The notes below the pieces were generated by a model. The model did not search any database. It worked only from the letters and a program-made list of their open reading frames with translations, and was not told where the DNA came from. The translations under genes and the position numbers were made by a program. Of a DNA stretch of 64,000 bases, positions 1 through 9,309 are shown piece by piece. How positions within the stretch are numbered: position 1 is the first letter of the stretch; each line of letters begins with the position of its first letter. The DNA comes from a phage: the sequence record OZ346228.1; one strand, 5' to 3'.

Positions 1-1548
1 ATGTCTAAGATTTACGGACCGTGTTCTGAAAAGCAGAAGATGATCCTCGAAAACGATGCAGATATCTTGGTAATCGGCGGTGCCGCAGGGTCTGGCAAGT
101 CGTTCCTCTTGCAGTTGATGCCACTTAAAATTATTGATGACCCCCACAGCTCTGTGGTTATGTTCCGAAGAACAACCCCACAGTTGGAAGGTGAGGGTGG
201 ACTATGGCCTAAAGCAGTAGCTATTTATAGTGATCTGCCTGAAAACATTAAGCCAAAGTTCAGAGAGAAGGATCATAAGTTCATTTTTCCACGGTTTGAT
301 CCGAACACTGGTAAGTGGGATAGAAGCAAAAAGGGAGCTGTTGTAAAATACTGCCATATGGAGTATGTACAAGATAAGCTTAACCATCAGGGGCTTGAGT
401 ACACCATGGTTTGCTTCGATGAGGGCACGCAGTTCGAATGGGAGCAGATAGACTACCTGATGTCTCGTCTGCGATCTCAGTCAAAGTATCCATCAAGAAT
501 GGTTATCAGCTGTAACCCCGATTCAGAACACATGCTTGCCAAACTGGTTAGATGGTGGTTGGACGATGAAGGGTATCCAGATCCGGAGAAATGCGGTAAG
601 AAAAGATATTTTATCCGACGCGACGGTGAATTTATATGGGGAGACTCTAAAGAAGAGTTGATAGAGAAATACACCACGGTTAACGGACTGGGTGTGGAGA
701 TCAAGCCAAGACCGTTGTCATTCTCGTTTATAGGCGCAACAATATTCGATAATCCTGTCTGCTTAAGAGATAACCCAGAATACCTTGCTTTCCTTGAAGG
801 TCTGCCGGAACTGGAAAAAGCTCAGCTTCTTCATGGTAACTGGTTTGCAAAGCCTGAAGGTGCAAACTATTTTCAAAGATCTTTCCTTCGTGATGCCGAT
901 AGAGTACCCCTTGGATCAGTATCTTGCAGGGCATGGGATAAGGCAGGAACCGAGAGAACTTCCGGTAATAAATTTCCTGACTTTACCGCCAGTATTAAGG
1001 TAAGTAAAGATAGCGACGGCTTTTATTACCTGTCCGGTGATTATTGTCCTGAGAACGTGGATGACGGGAGGTATTCCACAGGTCTGGAAGGCAAGTTCTG
1101 TAAAAAGGCTGGTGAACGAGATGTGATCATCAGGAAACAGGCGCAGTTCGATGGTGATGATTGCATAATCGTCTTCTCTGTGGACCCAGGTCAGGCAGGT
1201 AAGAGTGAGTTCTTAACCTCATCCAGATCCTTGCTCGCCGAAGGGTTCAGGGTTGAAGAAGACCCAATGCCTTCCAACAAATCTAAACTGACAAGGTTCT
1301 CACCTTTTGCCAATCTTGCACAACAAGGAATGGTGAGGATTGTAAAATCCAGTTTCCATCCTGATACTCTGGAAGCATTTCTGACTGAACTTGAAAAATT
1401 CAACGGGGAAAGATCAACATTTAACAGAAAAGACGACTGGGCAGACTGTGTAGCTTCTGCGATTAATTTCCTGGAGAAAGAGGAGGTAGCACTTCCTTGT
1501 GTGATTCCATCAATCTCATCACCTTCTATGTTCAAGCGTTTTATCTAA
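1..1548 (+). CDS. terL: terminase large subunit
   Basis: 515-aa ORF; Walker A-like motif VIGGAAGSGKS near N-terminus; first gene of head module, followed by portal-sized gene. Confidence 0.85.
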   Translation: MSKIYGPCSEKQKMILENDADILVIGGAAGSGKSFLLQLMPLKIIDDPHSSVVMFRRTTPQLEGEGGLWPKAVAIYSDLPENIKPKFREKDHKFIFPRFDPNTGKWDRSKKGAVVKYCHMEYVQDKLNHQGLEYTMVCFDEGTQFEWEQIDYLMSRLRSQSKYPSRMVISCNPDSEHMLAKLVRWWLDDEGYPDPEKCGKKRYFIRRDGEFIWGDSKEELIEKYTTVNGLGVEIKPRPLSFSFIGATIFDNPVCLRDNPEYLAFLEGLPELEKAQLLHGNWFAKPEGANYFQRSFLRDADRVPLGSVSCRAWDKAGTERTSGNKFPDFTASIKVSKDSDGFYYLSGDYCPENVDDGRYSTGLEGKFCKKAGERDVIIRKQAQFDGDDCIIVFSVDPGQAGKSEFLTSSRSLLAEGFRVEEDPMPSNKSKLTRFSPFANLAQQGMVRIVKSSFHPDTLEAFLTELEKFNGERSTFNRKDDWADCVASAINFLEKEEVALPCVIPSISSPSMFKRFI

Positions 1549-1551
1549 GTG

Positions 1552-1580
1552 TTGCCAATCTTAATTAGATGTGGTACAAT
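1552..1580 (+). promoter_or_regulatory. sigma70-like promoter, extended -10
   Basis: TTGCCA (1552..1557), 17-nt spacer, TGgTACAAT (1572..1580). Confidence 0.45.
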
Positions 1581-1598
1581 AAAGTAATTGGAGATACT

Positions 1599-1621
1599 AG
1601 CCCTCTGACGAGGGCTATTTT
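1599..1621 (+). terminator. hairpin + U-tract (terminator or 5' UTR structure)
   Basis: AGCCCTC-TGAC-GAGGGCT followed by ATTTT; lies downstream of promoter-like element and upstream of portal start. Confidence 0.4.
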
Positions 1622-1648
1622 GTTATACTGTTTTGAGGGGTAAAGCTT

Positions 1649-3205
1649 GTGTCCAAAAAGAACCGCAGGAAACACAACGCCACAGCCAAAACTGTGAATA
1701 AATCTGGGAACGCAGGCGCACCAACTCATAATGTTCGTATGAGTGAGATCGGTTCTGGCGCACTTTCCCAAATTATGGCAGAATCGCAATCTATGATGGT
1801 TGAGGAATTGCGTTGGCCTCAGCTGATTGCCACAGTGGAGACTATGAAATGTGATTCCACAGTTGCTACTGCCTTAGATACAAAATATGTTTTCATCACG
1901 AAAGCATTCAATGATTTTAAGATCCTTTATAATGTTAAAAGTGAAGACTCTAAGAAAGCTGCCGAGCTTATAGAGTATTCTTTGCGTAATTTGGCAAACC
2001 AACAAACTCTTCGAGATATTGCAAGAAGCGCAGCTACCTTTAACGAGTATGGTTTTTCACTGTTTGAGAAAGTATACCGCAGAGAGAAAGAAGGTAAATA
2101 TGCCGGGATGCTTCTTATTGATAAAATTGCATTCCGACCTCAGGCCAGCCTGTCCAGATCAGAGCCGTTTGTTTTTGACAAGAATAGTAGAACACTGACA
2201 GGTATTTATCAGTCACCTAATGCATTTCTAAACACTCAGAATGCACGCTGGGCTGGACCTCTTGCTGCAATGCCTTCAAAAGGCTTTAATGAGCCTGAAA
2301 TTTTCATCCCTGCTAAAAAGCTTATGCTCATGACCCTGTCAGGAACAGAATCTAACCCTGCAGGTGTGTCACCGATGATAGGTTGCTACAGATCTTTCCG
2401 TGAGAAAGTTCTGATTGAAAACCTTGAGGTTGTTGGCTGTTCCAAAGACCTTGGTGGTGTGCTTGAGCTGAAAATTCCTTCCAATATTTTGAACAAGGCC
2501 AGCATTGACCCGAATTCAATGGAAGGGAGAATGGTTGCAGATCTTATGCTTGACGCAGCAAACGCCCATAGTGGTGAGCAAAGTTTCTTTATACTTCCGT
2601 CTGATAGAGATAAGTCTGGTAAAGAGCTTTACTCCATGACCCTGAAGGGGGTTGACGGTATGGGTAAGCAGTATTCCACTAAAGATTTGATTGATGCCCG
2701 TAAGAAGGCGATTCTTGACCGTTTCGGTGCTGGCTTTATTAACCTCGGTAACGATAACGTTGGATCCTTCTCTCTGTCTGAGTCAAAACAGTCTATCCAT
2801 GGTCATTTTGTTCAGCGTGATATAGATATTATCACTGAAGCCTTCAATAAGGATCTTATTCCACAGCTTCTGGCATTGAATGGTATCATCCTTGAAGATG
2901 ATGATATGCCTAAACTGAAACCTGGTCTGATTGAAGAAGTGGATATGGAGAGCTTCTCCAAGTTTGTCCAGAGGATCGGTGCTGTAGGTTACTTGCCAAA
3001 AACTCCTGCAGTAATTAATAAGATTCTTGAAGTAGGCGGGTTTGATGAAAGATTTGACGAGGACATGGATCAGGAAGAGCTGATGAAGCTCTTGGGCCAG
3101 GACATCAGTAGAGCTGGTGATGGAATGGCTGCAGGATCCACTGGCAACGGCACTTCTAAGATATCATCAACCAGAGATAATTCCATATCCAACATGGAAA
3201 ATTAA
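1649..3205 (+). CDS. portal protein (putative)
   Basis: 518-aa ORF (GTG start) directly downstream of terL and upstream of scaffold/capsid genes; size and position typical of portal. Confidence 0.6.
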   Translation: MSKKNRRKHNATAKTVNKSGNAGAPTHNVRMSEIGSGALSQIMAESQSMMVEELRWPQLIATVETMKCDSTVATALDTKYVFITKAFNDFKILYNVKSEDSKKAAELIEYSLRNLANQQTLRDIARSAATFNEYGFSLFEKVYRREKEGKYAGMLLIDKIAFRPQASLSRSEPFVFDKNSRTLTGIYQSPNAFLNTQNARWAGPLAAMPSKGFNEPEIFIPAKKLMLMTLSGTESNPAGVSPMIGCYRSFREKVLIENLEVVGCSKDLGGVLELKIPSNILNKASIDPNSMEGRMVADLMLDAANAHSGEQSFFILPSDRDKSGKELYSMTLKGVDGMGKQYSTKDLIDARKKAILDRFGAGFINLGNDNVGSFSLSESKQSIHGHFVQRDIDIITEAFNKDLIPQLLALNGIILEDDDMPKLKPGLIEEVDMESFSKFVQRIGAVGYLPKTPAVINKILEVGGFDERFDEDMDQEELMKLLGQDISRAGDGMAAGSTGNGTSKISSTRDNSISNMEN

Positions 3206-3272
3206 AAATTATCAACACAGGGGGTTGCAAAACCTCCTTTGGCGTGATAAAATAATCCACATGGGGAATAAG

Positions 3273-3692
3273 ATGCCACAGGAAGAAATGATTTCCTACG
3301 AAATCATCTACGAGCCTGACACTAAAGATGCTCACGGTGAGTGGATGAGTAAAGACACCATCAAAAAGGCTAAAGATAACTGGGACGCAGCATACGCTGC
3401 AGGCCTAGTTTCTGAAAACCTTTTCCACTTGACCTCTACAGATGCTTTCACTATTGAAAAGACGTGGATTCAAGAAGAGTTTGATGTTGTAGTAATTGGC
3501 ACTGAGCAGGTCATCAAGGCTGGCTCTTGGGTTGCTAAAGTTAAATACAATAATCCTGAATTATGGGAAGCTAAGAAGGCTGGCATTGTTGGTGGCCTAA
3601 GCATTCAGGCAACAGGTAATGTTGATGAAGAAACTGGTGAAATTACCAACGTAAACTTCGGGATCAGTGTTGTAGAAGAGGGCAATGAATAA
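3273..3692 (+). CDS. XkdF-like prohead protease / head maturation protein (putative)
   Basis: ORF between portal and scaffold; ATG at 3273 preceded by GGGGA; N-terminal region resembles XkdF-family proteins; the longer frame from 3117 overlaps the portal gene. Confidence 0.45.
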   Translation: MPQEEMISYEIIYEPDTKDAHGEWMSKDTIKKAKDNWDAAYAAGLVSENLFHLTSTDAFTIEKTWIQEEFDVVVIGTEQVIKAGSWVAKVKYNNPELWEAKKAGIVGGLSIQATGNVDEETGEITNVNFGISVVEEGNE

Positions 3693-4669
3693 TGTCTGAA
3701 AAAACGATTACTATTAAAGAGAAGGGGATTGCCCTGTGCCATAAGGCGCAAGGCTATAGCGCTAACAACAGACCTGTATCTCTTTTGATGAAGAGTGATC
3801 TTAAGCCTGAGCAGTTAACAGACGATATTGTTAAGGCACTTCGCCAAGTTACTGTGGAGCTTAGTTTTGAAGAATACCTGCGTCGTTTCTTCGATATGTG
3901 GTATGATGATGCTAAAGCACTTGCACACATGCTTGGTTTTGAGATTGAAGAGGAGGCTTGGGCTAAAGAGCATCCTGATTGGGAATGGGCGCAAGCTGAC
4001 GCAGAGTCTTGTATTGCATGGCTGGAAGAGCGTTGTGATAACGTGACCATTCATAAGGCTGCAAAAGAAGGCAAGCAGCTTAGTGTGGTAGATCAGTACA
4101 GCCTGTTAAAAACACAACAGATTTTTGAACAAGTAACCGCTGATCTCTTCGATAAAGAAGGGAACCTGATCAAGGCGGTACAGGAACCTGCTGAGGTGGA
4201 TAAAACTACCGAGGTGGATGATGTTGCAAAATCCGCAAATACCGAGGAGAATCCGGTGGACGTAACCAAAACTAAAGAGTATCTGGATCTGCTGAAGCAA
4301 GTAGAAGAGCTGAAAGCAACCCAGAGTAAAGCTGAAGAAATCATCAAGGCCCAGGTTGAAGTTGAAAAAGCTAAAATGCTGACTAAGGCTCAAGCTTTAA
4401 GCTTTGTTGGTGAAGAAGATCATGCAACCCTGGTTGACTTCATGCTGGAAAAAGCTAACGAACCTATCGTAGCTATGCTGGAGAAAGCTCAAGCAAAAAT
4501 TGAAGAGCTGGAAGCAGAGGTGCATAAAACCAAAGAAGAGTTTGCCACCACTGAACATGGTAATGATGGCGAACCTGTTGTGGATGATATTGCAAAATCC
4601 GCAGAAGAAATTCTTGCTGAAAACGTTGCAAAAGCACTTGCTCGTGCACGTGCAGAATCTACCAAATAA
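3692..4669 (+). CDS. capsid scaffolding protein (putative)
   Basis: 325 aa, acidic and helix-rich with repeated DD[IV]AKSA motif; sits immediately upstream of decoration and major capsid genes; start overlaps upstream stop (TAATG). Confidence 0.6.
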   Translation: MSEKTITIKEKGIALCHKAQGYSANNRPVSLLMKSDLKPEQLTDDIVKALRQVTVELSFEEYLRRFFDMWYDDAKALAHMLGFEIEEEAWAKEHPDWEWAQADAESCIAWLEERCDNVTIHKAAKEGKQLSVVDQYSLLKTQQIFEQVTADLFDKEGNLIKAVQEPAEVDKTTEVDDVAKSANTEENPVDVTKTKEYLDLLKQVEELKATQSKAEEIIKAQVEVEKAKMLTKAQALSFVGEEDHATLVDFMLEKANEPIVAMLEKAQAKIEELEAEVHKTKEEFATTEHGNDGEPVVDDIAKSAEEILAENVAKALARARAESTK

Positions 4670-4689
4670 GACATTAACGGGGGAAATAA

Positions 4690-5073
4690 ATGATTACCGC
4701 TCAATATTCTGATATCGTGCTCGGCAAAGTTGATTCTAGCGATGCTGGCTACAATTTTAAAGAGATGGAAATTAAACTGACAGAGCACCATCATGCTGGC
4801 ACGGTTGTGACCGAAGATGGTAGCATTGCCAATCAGGACGGTTCAGACGCCTATGGCGTTCTGGTGGATCGTGCTTTAATTCCAGACGCTGCTGGTAAAG
4901 TACATATCGCTGAACCTCTTGGCACAAAGAAATATAAACTGGTTGTTGCTGTGCGTGGTGTTACTTTTGCCAAGGATAAATTGCTGGCAACTGGTGGTGC
5001 TAAAGCAGAACAGGCTGTGTTAGACAAGCTTGAGGCTCTGGGTAACAAGATTCAGGTCCAGACTCTTGGTTAA
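4690..5073 (+). CDS. head decoration protein (putative)
   Basis: 127-aa ORF between scaffold and major capsid gene, the lambda gpD position. Confidence 0.4.
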   Translation: MITAQYSDIVLGKVDSSDAGYNFKEMEIKLTEHHHAGTVVTEDGSIANQDGSDAYGVLVDRALIPDAAGKVHIAEPLGTKKYKLVVAVRGVTFAKDKLLATGGAKAEQAVLDKLEALGNKIQVQTLG

Positions 5074-5127
5074 GAGTAAGCCATAAATTGTTCGGGAAAA
5101 TATTTAAGTTTTACTTTGGAGAAATAA

Positions 5128-6138
5128 ATGATTACTCGTAAAGATGAATTTGGCATTGTTGATTTAGGTGCTACTCTGGACCTTGTTCCGCGTCAATTCC
5201 GCCTGATTACTGGTATGGATCTGTTCGAAACCCGTCTCGGCACCTCAACAATTGCTCAGATTGAGCGTGTTGATGAAGTTGTAACCGACATTCCGGCACG
5301 CCGTCGTGGTGGTGAGCGTAACTACGTGGGTAGTGAACGTGCTCAGGTTAAAAACCTGAACATCCCGTTCTTCCCTCTGGACAAAGGCATCACCGCAGCA
5401 GATGTTCAGAACTTCCGTCGTTACTTCACCCCTGATGCTCCGAAAACTGTTCAGGACGTAGTAACCCGCGTTGTTCGCCGTATCCGTGTTTCTCATGAAG
5501 CACTGCGTGAGAAAGCGCTGTTCCAGGCTATTCTGGGTAAATCCTATGCACCTGGTGACACAACCTGTCAGTATGACTACTACACTCTGTGGGGCGTAGA
5601 TCAGAAATCTGTAGAAATCGATCCAGCAAAAGCAGATCAGGACCCGATGGAAGTTCTGGAAGACGCTCGTCTGCATATCGCCCTGCAAGCTGGTGACAAC
5701 GCTGCTGGCTACCGTATCGTGGCTCTGTGCTCGCCTGAGTTCTTCAGTGCAATCACTCACCACCCTCTGGTAGAGCTGGCATACACCTACTACGGCTCTG
5801 CTCAGGAACCTCTGCGTCGTCGTCTGGGTGCTGGCGGTCAGGACAGCGTTTATCGTGTGTTCGAACATAAAGGTATCACCTTTATCGAAGATATCTCTGG
5901 CAATATTCCTAAGAAAGAAGCTCGCATTCTGCCGATGGGTATTGATCAGATGTTCCAGCTGCACTTTGCTCCGGCAGACGATGTTAACGAAGCAAATACC
6001 CCAGCACAGGAACTGTATATGTGGTATAAACACTCTGCATACCTGCGTGAAGAGAAGATTGAATCTGAAACTTCTATGCTGGCAGTTAACACCCGTCCAG
6101 AGCTGGTTGTTAAAGTAACTCTGAAAAACGGTGGCTAA
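5128..6138 (+). CDS. major capsid protein
   Basis: 336-aa ORF with strong translational-optimal codon bias (CTG, CGT, GGT), good RBS GGAG, followed by a strong rho-independent terminator; lambda gpE-like size and position. Confidence 0.75.
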   Translation: MITRKDEFGIVDLGATLDLVPRQFRLITGMDLFETRLGTSTIAQIERVDEVVTDIPARRRGGERNYVGSERAQVKNLNIPFFPLDKGITAADVQNFRRYFTPDAPKTVQDVVTRVVRRIRVSHEALREKALFQAILGKSYAPGDTTCQYDYYTLWGVDQKSVEIDPAKADQDPMEVLEDARLHIALQAGDNAAGYRIVALCSPEFFSAITHHPLVELAYTYYGSAQEPLRRRLGAGGQDSVYRVFEHKGITFIEDISGNIPKKEARILPMGIDQMFQLHFAPADDVNEANTPAQELYMWYKHSAYLREEKIESETSMLAVNTRPELVVKVTLKNGG

Positions 6139-6162
6139 TCACTAAGGTGATTCATCCCATAC

Positions 6163-6190
6163 GGGGAGGGGGTTCTCCCCTCCCCTTTTT
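6163..6190 (+). terminator. rho-independent terminator
   Basis: GGGGAGGGGG-TTCT-CCCCTCCCC followed by TTTTT, directly after major capsid gene. Confidence 0.75.
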
Positions 6191-6222
6191 ATTTATTTAT
6201 TAGGGTTTAACAGGAGTGTCCC

Positions 6223-7050
6223 GTGAAGAGAGCCGTATATCCAGTTGAGTATGATCCTCTATTAAGAGTTTTCAACAATCAGTTAAGTTTTTATCAATTT
6301 TTAGCACAATACAATCCAGAAATCAATGTTGGTTTATCAGCTCTTCTGCCACCAACAGAATTCGTTATTGGCAGTGTTCACTATCCATGCAGAACGATTG
6401 TAGACTTCTTCCAGAAGATTGCAAAACACACAGGCCTGCCAATTGATACTGGTATTTCAACTATCCGTATGGGTGTTATTCTTCTGTTCTTCACAGAGAA
6501 CCTTGATGAAAGCACTTTAACACTGCAAAGCGGGGATGTCAATATCACACTAACTCCTTCAGTGTTTAAAGAGGTAGATGCTGCTTTCCAAGTTTCCGTG
6601 GCAGAGGGCCATCTATGGGACCCTGTAGGGATGCCTAAAAAAGTGACCATAAACGATGAGCAATGCAACATTGTTTATGAAGAAGATACCCAAACTTTCA
6701 CCATTGAGTGGCCTAAGAAACGTTCTCAGGTTGTAAATCTTGGACTGGTCTCTACGATAGCTCCACCGCCTGAACCAGAGCCGGAGCCGCCTGTAGGTCC
6801 TACTGAACCTGGTGGTGACGGTGAAGTTACTGTAGCAGATCCGCAAGATGTGACTGTATCCTCTTCCTCATTTGTAGCCATTGAGAATAAGGATGAAATC
6901 CTTAAACAGGCCGCAGCTCTTAACAACGAAGATGACAAAAGTGGTTCAAAAGATGCACTTCAAGCCTTCGCTAAAGAGTACGGTGTTACCTTAAGTAAGG
7001 CAAAAACTTTCCAAAATATGATGAAAGATTTTGAGGCTGCACTGGCATAA
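6223..7050 (+). CDS. virion protein with Pro/Glu-rich linker (head-associated, function unknown)
   Basis: 275 aa, GTG start with RBS CAGGAG; low-complexity PPPEPEPEPPVGPTEP linker; lies between capsid and tail genes. Confidence 0.4.
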   Translation: MKRAVYPVEYDPLLRVFNNQLSFYQFLAQYNPEINVGLSALLPPTEFVIGSVHYPCRTIVDFFQKIAKHTGLPIDTGISTIRMGVILLFFTENLDESTLTLQSGDVNITLTPSVFKEVDAAFQVSVAEGHLWDPVGMPKKVTINDEQCNIVYEEDTQTFTIEWPKKRSQVVNLGLVSTIAPPPEPEPEPPVGPTEPGGDGEVTVADPQDVTVSSSSFVAIENKDEILKQAAALNNEDDKSGSKDALQAFAKEYGVTLSKAKTFQNMMKDFEAALA

Positions 7051-7060
7051 TTTTGTTAAG

Positions 7061-7094
7061 GCCCCTTCCAAATCAGGAATGGGGCTTTATTTTT
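7061..7094 (+). terminator. rho-independent terminator (putative)
   Basis: GCCCC...GGGGC stem with internal pairing, followed by TTTATTTTT. Confidence 0.45.
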
Positions 7095-7109
7095 ACGAGG
7101 TATTTTCAA

Positions 7110-7730
7110 ATGGCATGGTATGAAGATGAAGAGATTATCCCGTCCCCGCCTAACCATGATGGTGTAGTCGATACCCCAGAAGAACCACCAAAAGAAGATC
7201 CTGTACCTCCGGAACCTGATCCAGACCAACCTCTTATTGATATTATGAGGTTATTGCTTGGCAATGTTGATGAGGAAACACTCCCTGACGGAGTAATTAA
7301 AACATTCCTTGACATGGAGAAGCTGAAACTAAATTATCCGGCAGACCCTGATAAGCTACCCCTGCTTAAGTACAATGTGCTTGTGCAGCTTGTGCGGTGG
7401 CTGATGATGCAGGAAGTGTCTAGTGGTAATGCAAGTATAACTTCCCGTTTGGAAAAGATAGGTGATGAGACTATAGAGATCCGTGGTGGATCTTCCTACG
7501 CCCAGTGGAAAGATTTCCTTGATTGGCTGCTGGCACACCCGGACTATGTAGATTCTGAGCTGGATGCTTACAGCAGAATGATTATCATTGGTGGTGTTCG
7601 TGTAGATGAAGGAATTCGGGTTAAATTTAATGAAAACAGCAACGGACCGTTCGATGTCCAGGGGATTACACCTATCAGTGGTCTAAATAACCAACCTCCT
7701 CGCCACCCAAGACGCAAACGCAGTTTTTAA
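7110..7730 (+). CDS. virion/head-tail joining protein (hypothetical)
   Basis: ATG at 7110 within reported ORF 7053..7730; Pro/acidic-rich N-terminus (PEEPPKEDPVPPEPDPDQP). Confidence 0.35.
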   Translation: MAWYEDEEIIPSPPNHDGVVDTPEEPPKEDPVPPEPDPDQPLIDIMRLLLGNVDEETLPDGVIKTFLDMEKLKLNYPADPDKLPLLKYNVLVQLVRWLMMQEVSSGNASITSRLEKIGDETIEIRGGSSYAQWKDFLDWLLAHPDYVDSELDAYSRMIIIGGVRVDEGIRVKFNENSNGPFDVQGITPISGLNNQPPRHPRRKRSF

Positions 7731-7736
7731 AAATTG

Positions 7737-7765
7737 TTGCTTTTGATGTATCTTTGTGGTAAAAT
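7737..7765 (+). promoter_or_regulatory. sigma70-like promoter, extended -10
   Basis: TTGCTT, 17-nt spacer, TGgTAAAAT; upstream of 7787 gene. Confidence 0.45.
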
Positions 7766-7786
7766 ACATTAGTGAGGGATATAATA

Positions 7787-8251
7787 ATGCTAAAGGTTAA
7801 ATGTCAAACAAGGTTCAACCTAAAGCGTTTAGATCGCTTCTACAAAGAACTTGTGAGACTTGAAAGTAAAACAATAACCTACGGCTTTTATGACGAACCT
7901 CACCCGTCAGGCTTAAATATGGCAACATTGGCAGCCATTCACAACTTCGGTTGGAACGGGCTGCCTGTTCGCAATTTCATGGAGACAGCTTTTGCATTTC
8001 ACAGCACTCAACTACAGACCTTGACAGAAAAATTGTTGAGAGCTATGGCTAGAGGATCAAGTGCAGAGGCTATTCTTAAGCAGATGGGGGACACAGGGGC
8101 CAAAGCTATCCAGTTTGTTATTGAGGCTGGTCAGTTTAGTAACCCTACTGTTAGTGAGCAGTGGGCACAAGAGAAGGGCTTCAACGAGGCTATGCGGCAT
8201 TACGATGTGCTGCTGGAATCTGCAACCTTTAAAATTGGACAGCAAAAATAA
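7787..8251 (+). CDS. head-tail joining protein (hypothetical)
   Basis: ATG at 7787 preceded by RBS GAGGG and promoter-like TTGCTT-17-TGgTAAAAT. Confidence 0.35.
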   Translation: MLKVKCQTRFNLKRLDRFYKELVRLESKTITYGFYDEPHPSGLNMATLAAIHNFGWNGLPVRNFMETAFAFHSTQLQTLTEKLLRAMARGSSAEAILKQMGDTGAKAIQFVIEAGQFSNPTVSEQWAQEKGFNEAMRHYDVLLESATFKIGQQK

Positions 8252-8260
8252 GGGGGTTGA

Positions 8261-8686
8261 GTGGCAGCAGGTTATAAGCTGATAGGAAAGAACAGGCTAA
8301 TACCCCGTAAAACATTCAAAGGTCGCCACAGAGTGTATAACAAAACAGTTGGTGGTCCTTTTGCTAACGAGGGGTTAGAACTTGAGTATGAAGAGTTTGA
8401 TGTCTTAGAGTGTGTTGTGCAGCCGTTGACAGGAAGGGCAGCTAAAGATTACTCCTCTCAAATAAATCCAGAAGGTGACAGACAGTACGAGGCTTTTACA
8501 GTTTACTCCTCAACCAAGTTGTATAGTCCAGATGAAGGAACATATGCAATGGCTGATCAAATTCAGCTGCCTGACATCCGTGGTGACTTGAAATGGTTTA
8601 CCGTTTTAAAATGCGATGCATATGTCACGTCTGGTGGTGGAAGATATAGATTTTTTGTGGTAGAAGAGCCTGAAGGAGAAGACTGA
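8261..8686 (+). CDS. head-tail joining protein (hypothetical)
   Basis: 141-aa ORF, GTG start after RBS AAGGGGG; structural-module context. Confidence 0.35.
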   Translation: MAAGYKLIGKNRLIPRKTFKGRHRVYNKTVGGPFANEGLELEYEEFDVLECVVQPLTGRAAKDYSSQINPEGDRQYEAFTVYSSTKLYSPDEGTYAMADQIQLPDIRGDLKWFTVLKCDAYVTSGGGRYRFFVVEEPEGED

Positions 8687-9237
8687 TGGAAGCTTTCGAA
8701 AAAGTTTTTTCTGATCTTGAAACAACCATTGCTAAGCTTGTCAAGGTTGCCACAGGAAGAACTGTAGTTCTGGCAGAAAGCTCTACCATACCGAAGCCGG
8801 AAGGTGAGTTTGTACTTTTACAAACCTTGGCGATCAATCCCACCACTTGGGAAGATAATGAGTTTCAAGATGCGGAGGGTAATGCTTACGTAACACACAG
8901 TTACACTGTTACCTATCTGTTAACAGCTTATCGTGGCAGGGCACATGCTGCACTTAGCAGAGTATTGCAAGCAATAAACCTTCCAATGTTTTATGACAAG
9001 TATTTCCCTCTGGGATCGTGCTTTGCCTACTCTAACAATTCAACAATCTCACCTCAAAGAGTGCCGTTGAATAAGCAGACGTATGAAAATAGAGCCACTG
9101 TGATGCTGACATTTAACGTAAGGTTTGTTGAAACAGACATTGGGGCTTTTGAGGATCTTCAGGGAATTAAGGCTGAAATAACCACACACTTCCCTTCACC
9201 CAATTCTGGTAAAGCGGTTACAGACAGTGGTCAGTAA
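8686..9237 (+). CDS. tail completion / neck protein (hypothetical)
   Basis: 183-aa ORF with start overlapping upstream stop; last gene before putative sheath. Confidence 0.35.
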   Translation: MEAFEKVFSDLETTIAKLVKVATGRTVVLAESSTIPKPEGEFVLLQTLAINPTTWEDNEFQDAEGNAYVTHSYTVTYLLTAYRGRAHAALSRVLQAINLPMFYDKYFPLGSCFAYSNNSTISPQRVPLNKQTYENRATVMLTFNVRFVETDIGAFEDLQGIKAEITTHFPSPNSGKAVTDSGQ

Positions 9238-9253
9238 TCGTTATAATTGTGTA

Positions 9254-9268
9254 GTGTAATGATTACAC
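9254..9268. promoter_or_regulatory. perfect palindrome GTGTAAT-g-ATTACAC (possible operator)
   Basis: 7-bp arms around a single central base in the 72-bp gap upstream of the sheath gene. Confidence 0.3.
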
Positions 9269-9309
9269 TGCGTGTTTGATATCCGTGCACAGATATTAAG
9301 AGGAAACAA

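Noticed and set aside
3117-3272. N-terminal extension of the XkdF-like ORF overlapping the portal 3' end
   Set aside because: Extension overlaps the portal gene by about 90 nt in another frame and lacks an RBS; the ATG at 3273 with upstream GGGGA is the more plausible start.
5245-6033. 262-aa reverse-strand ORF
   Set aside because: Lies entirely antisense within the strongly codon-biased major capsid gene; no RBS; typical shadow ORF.
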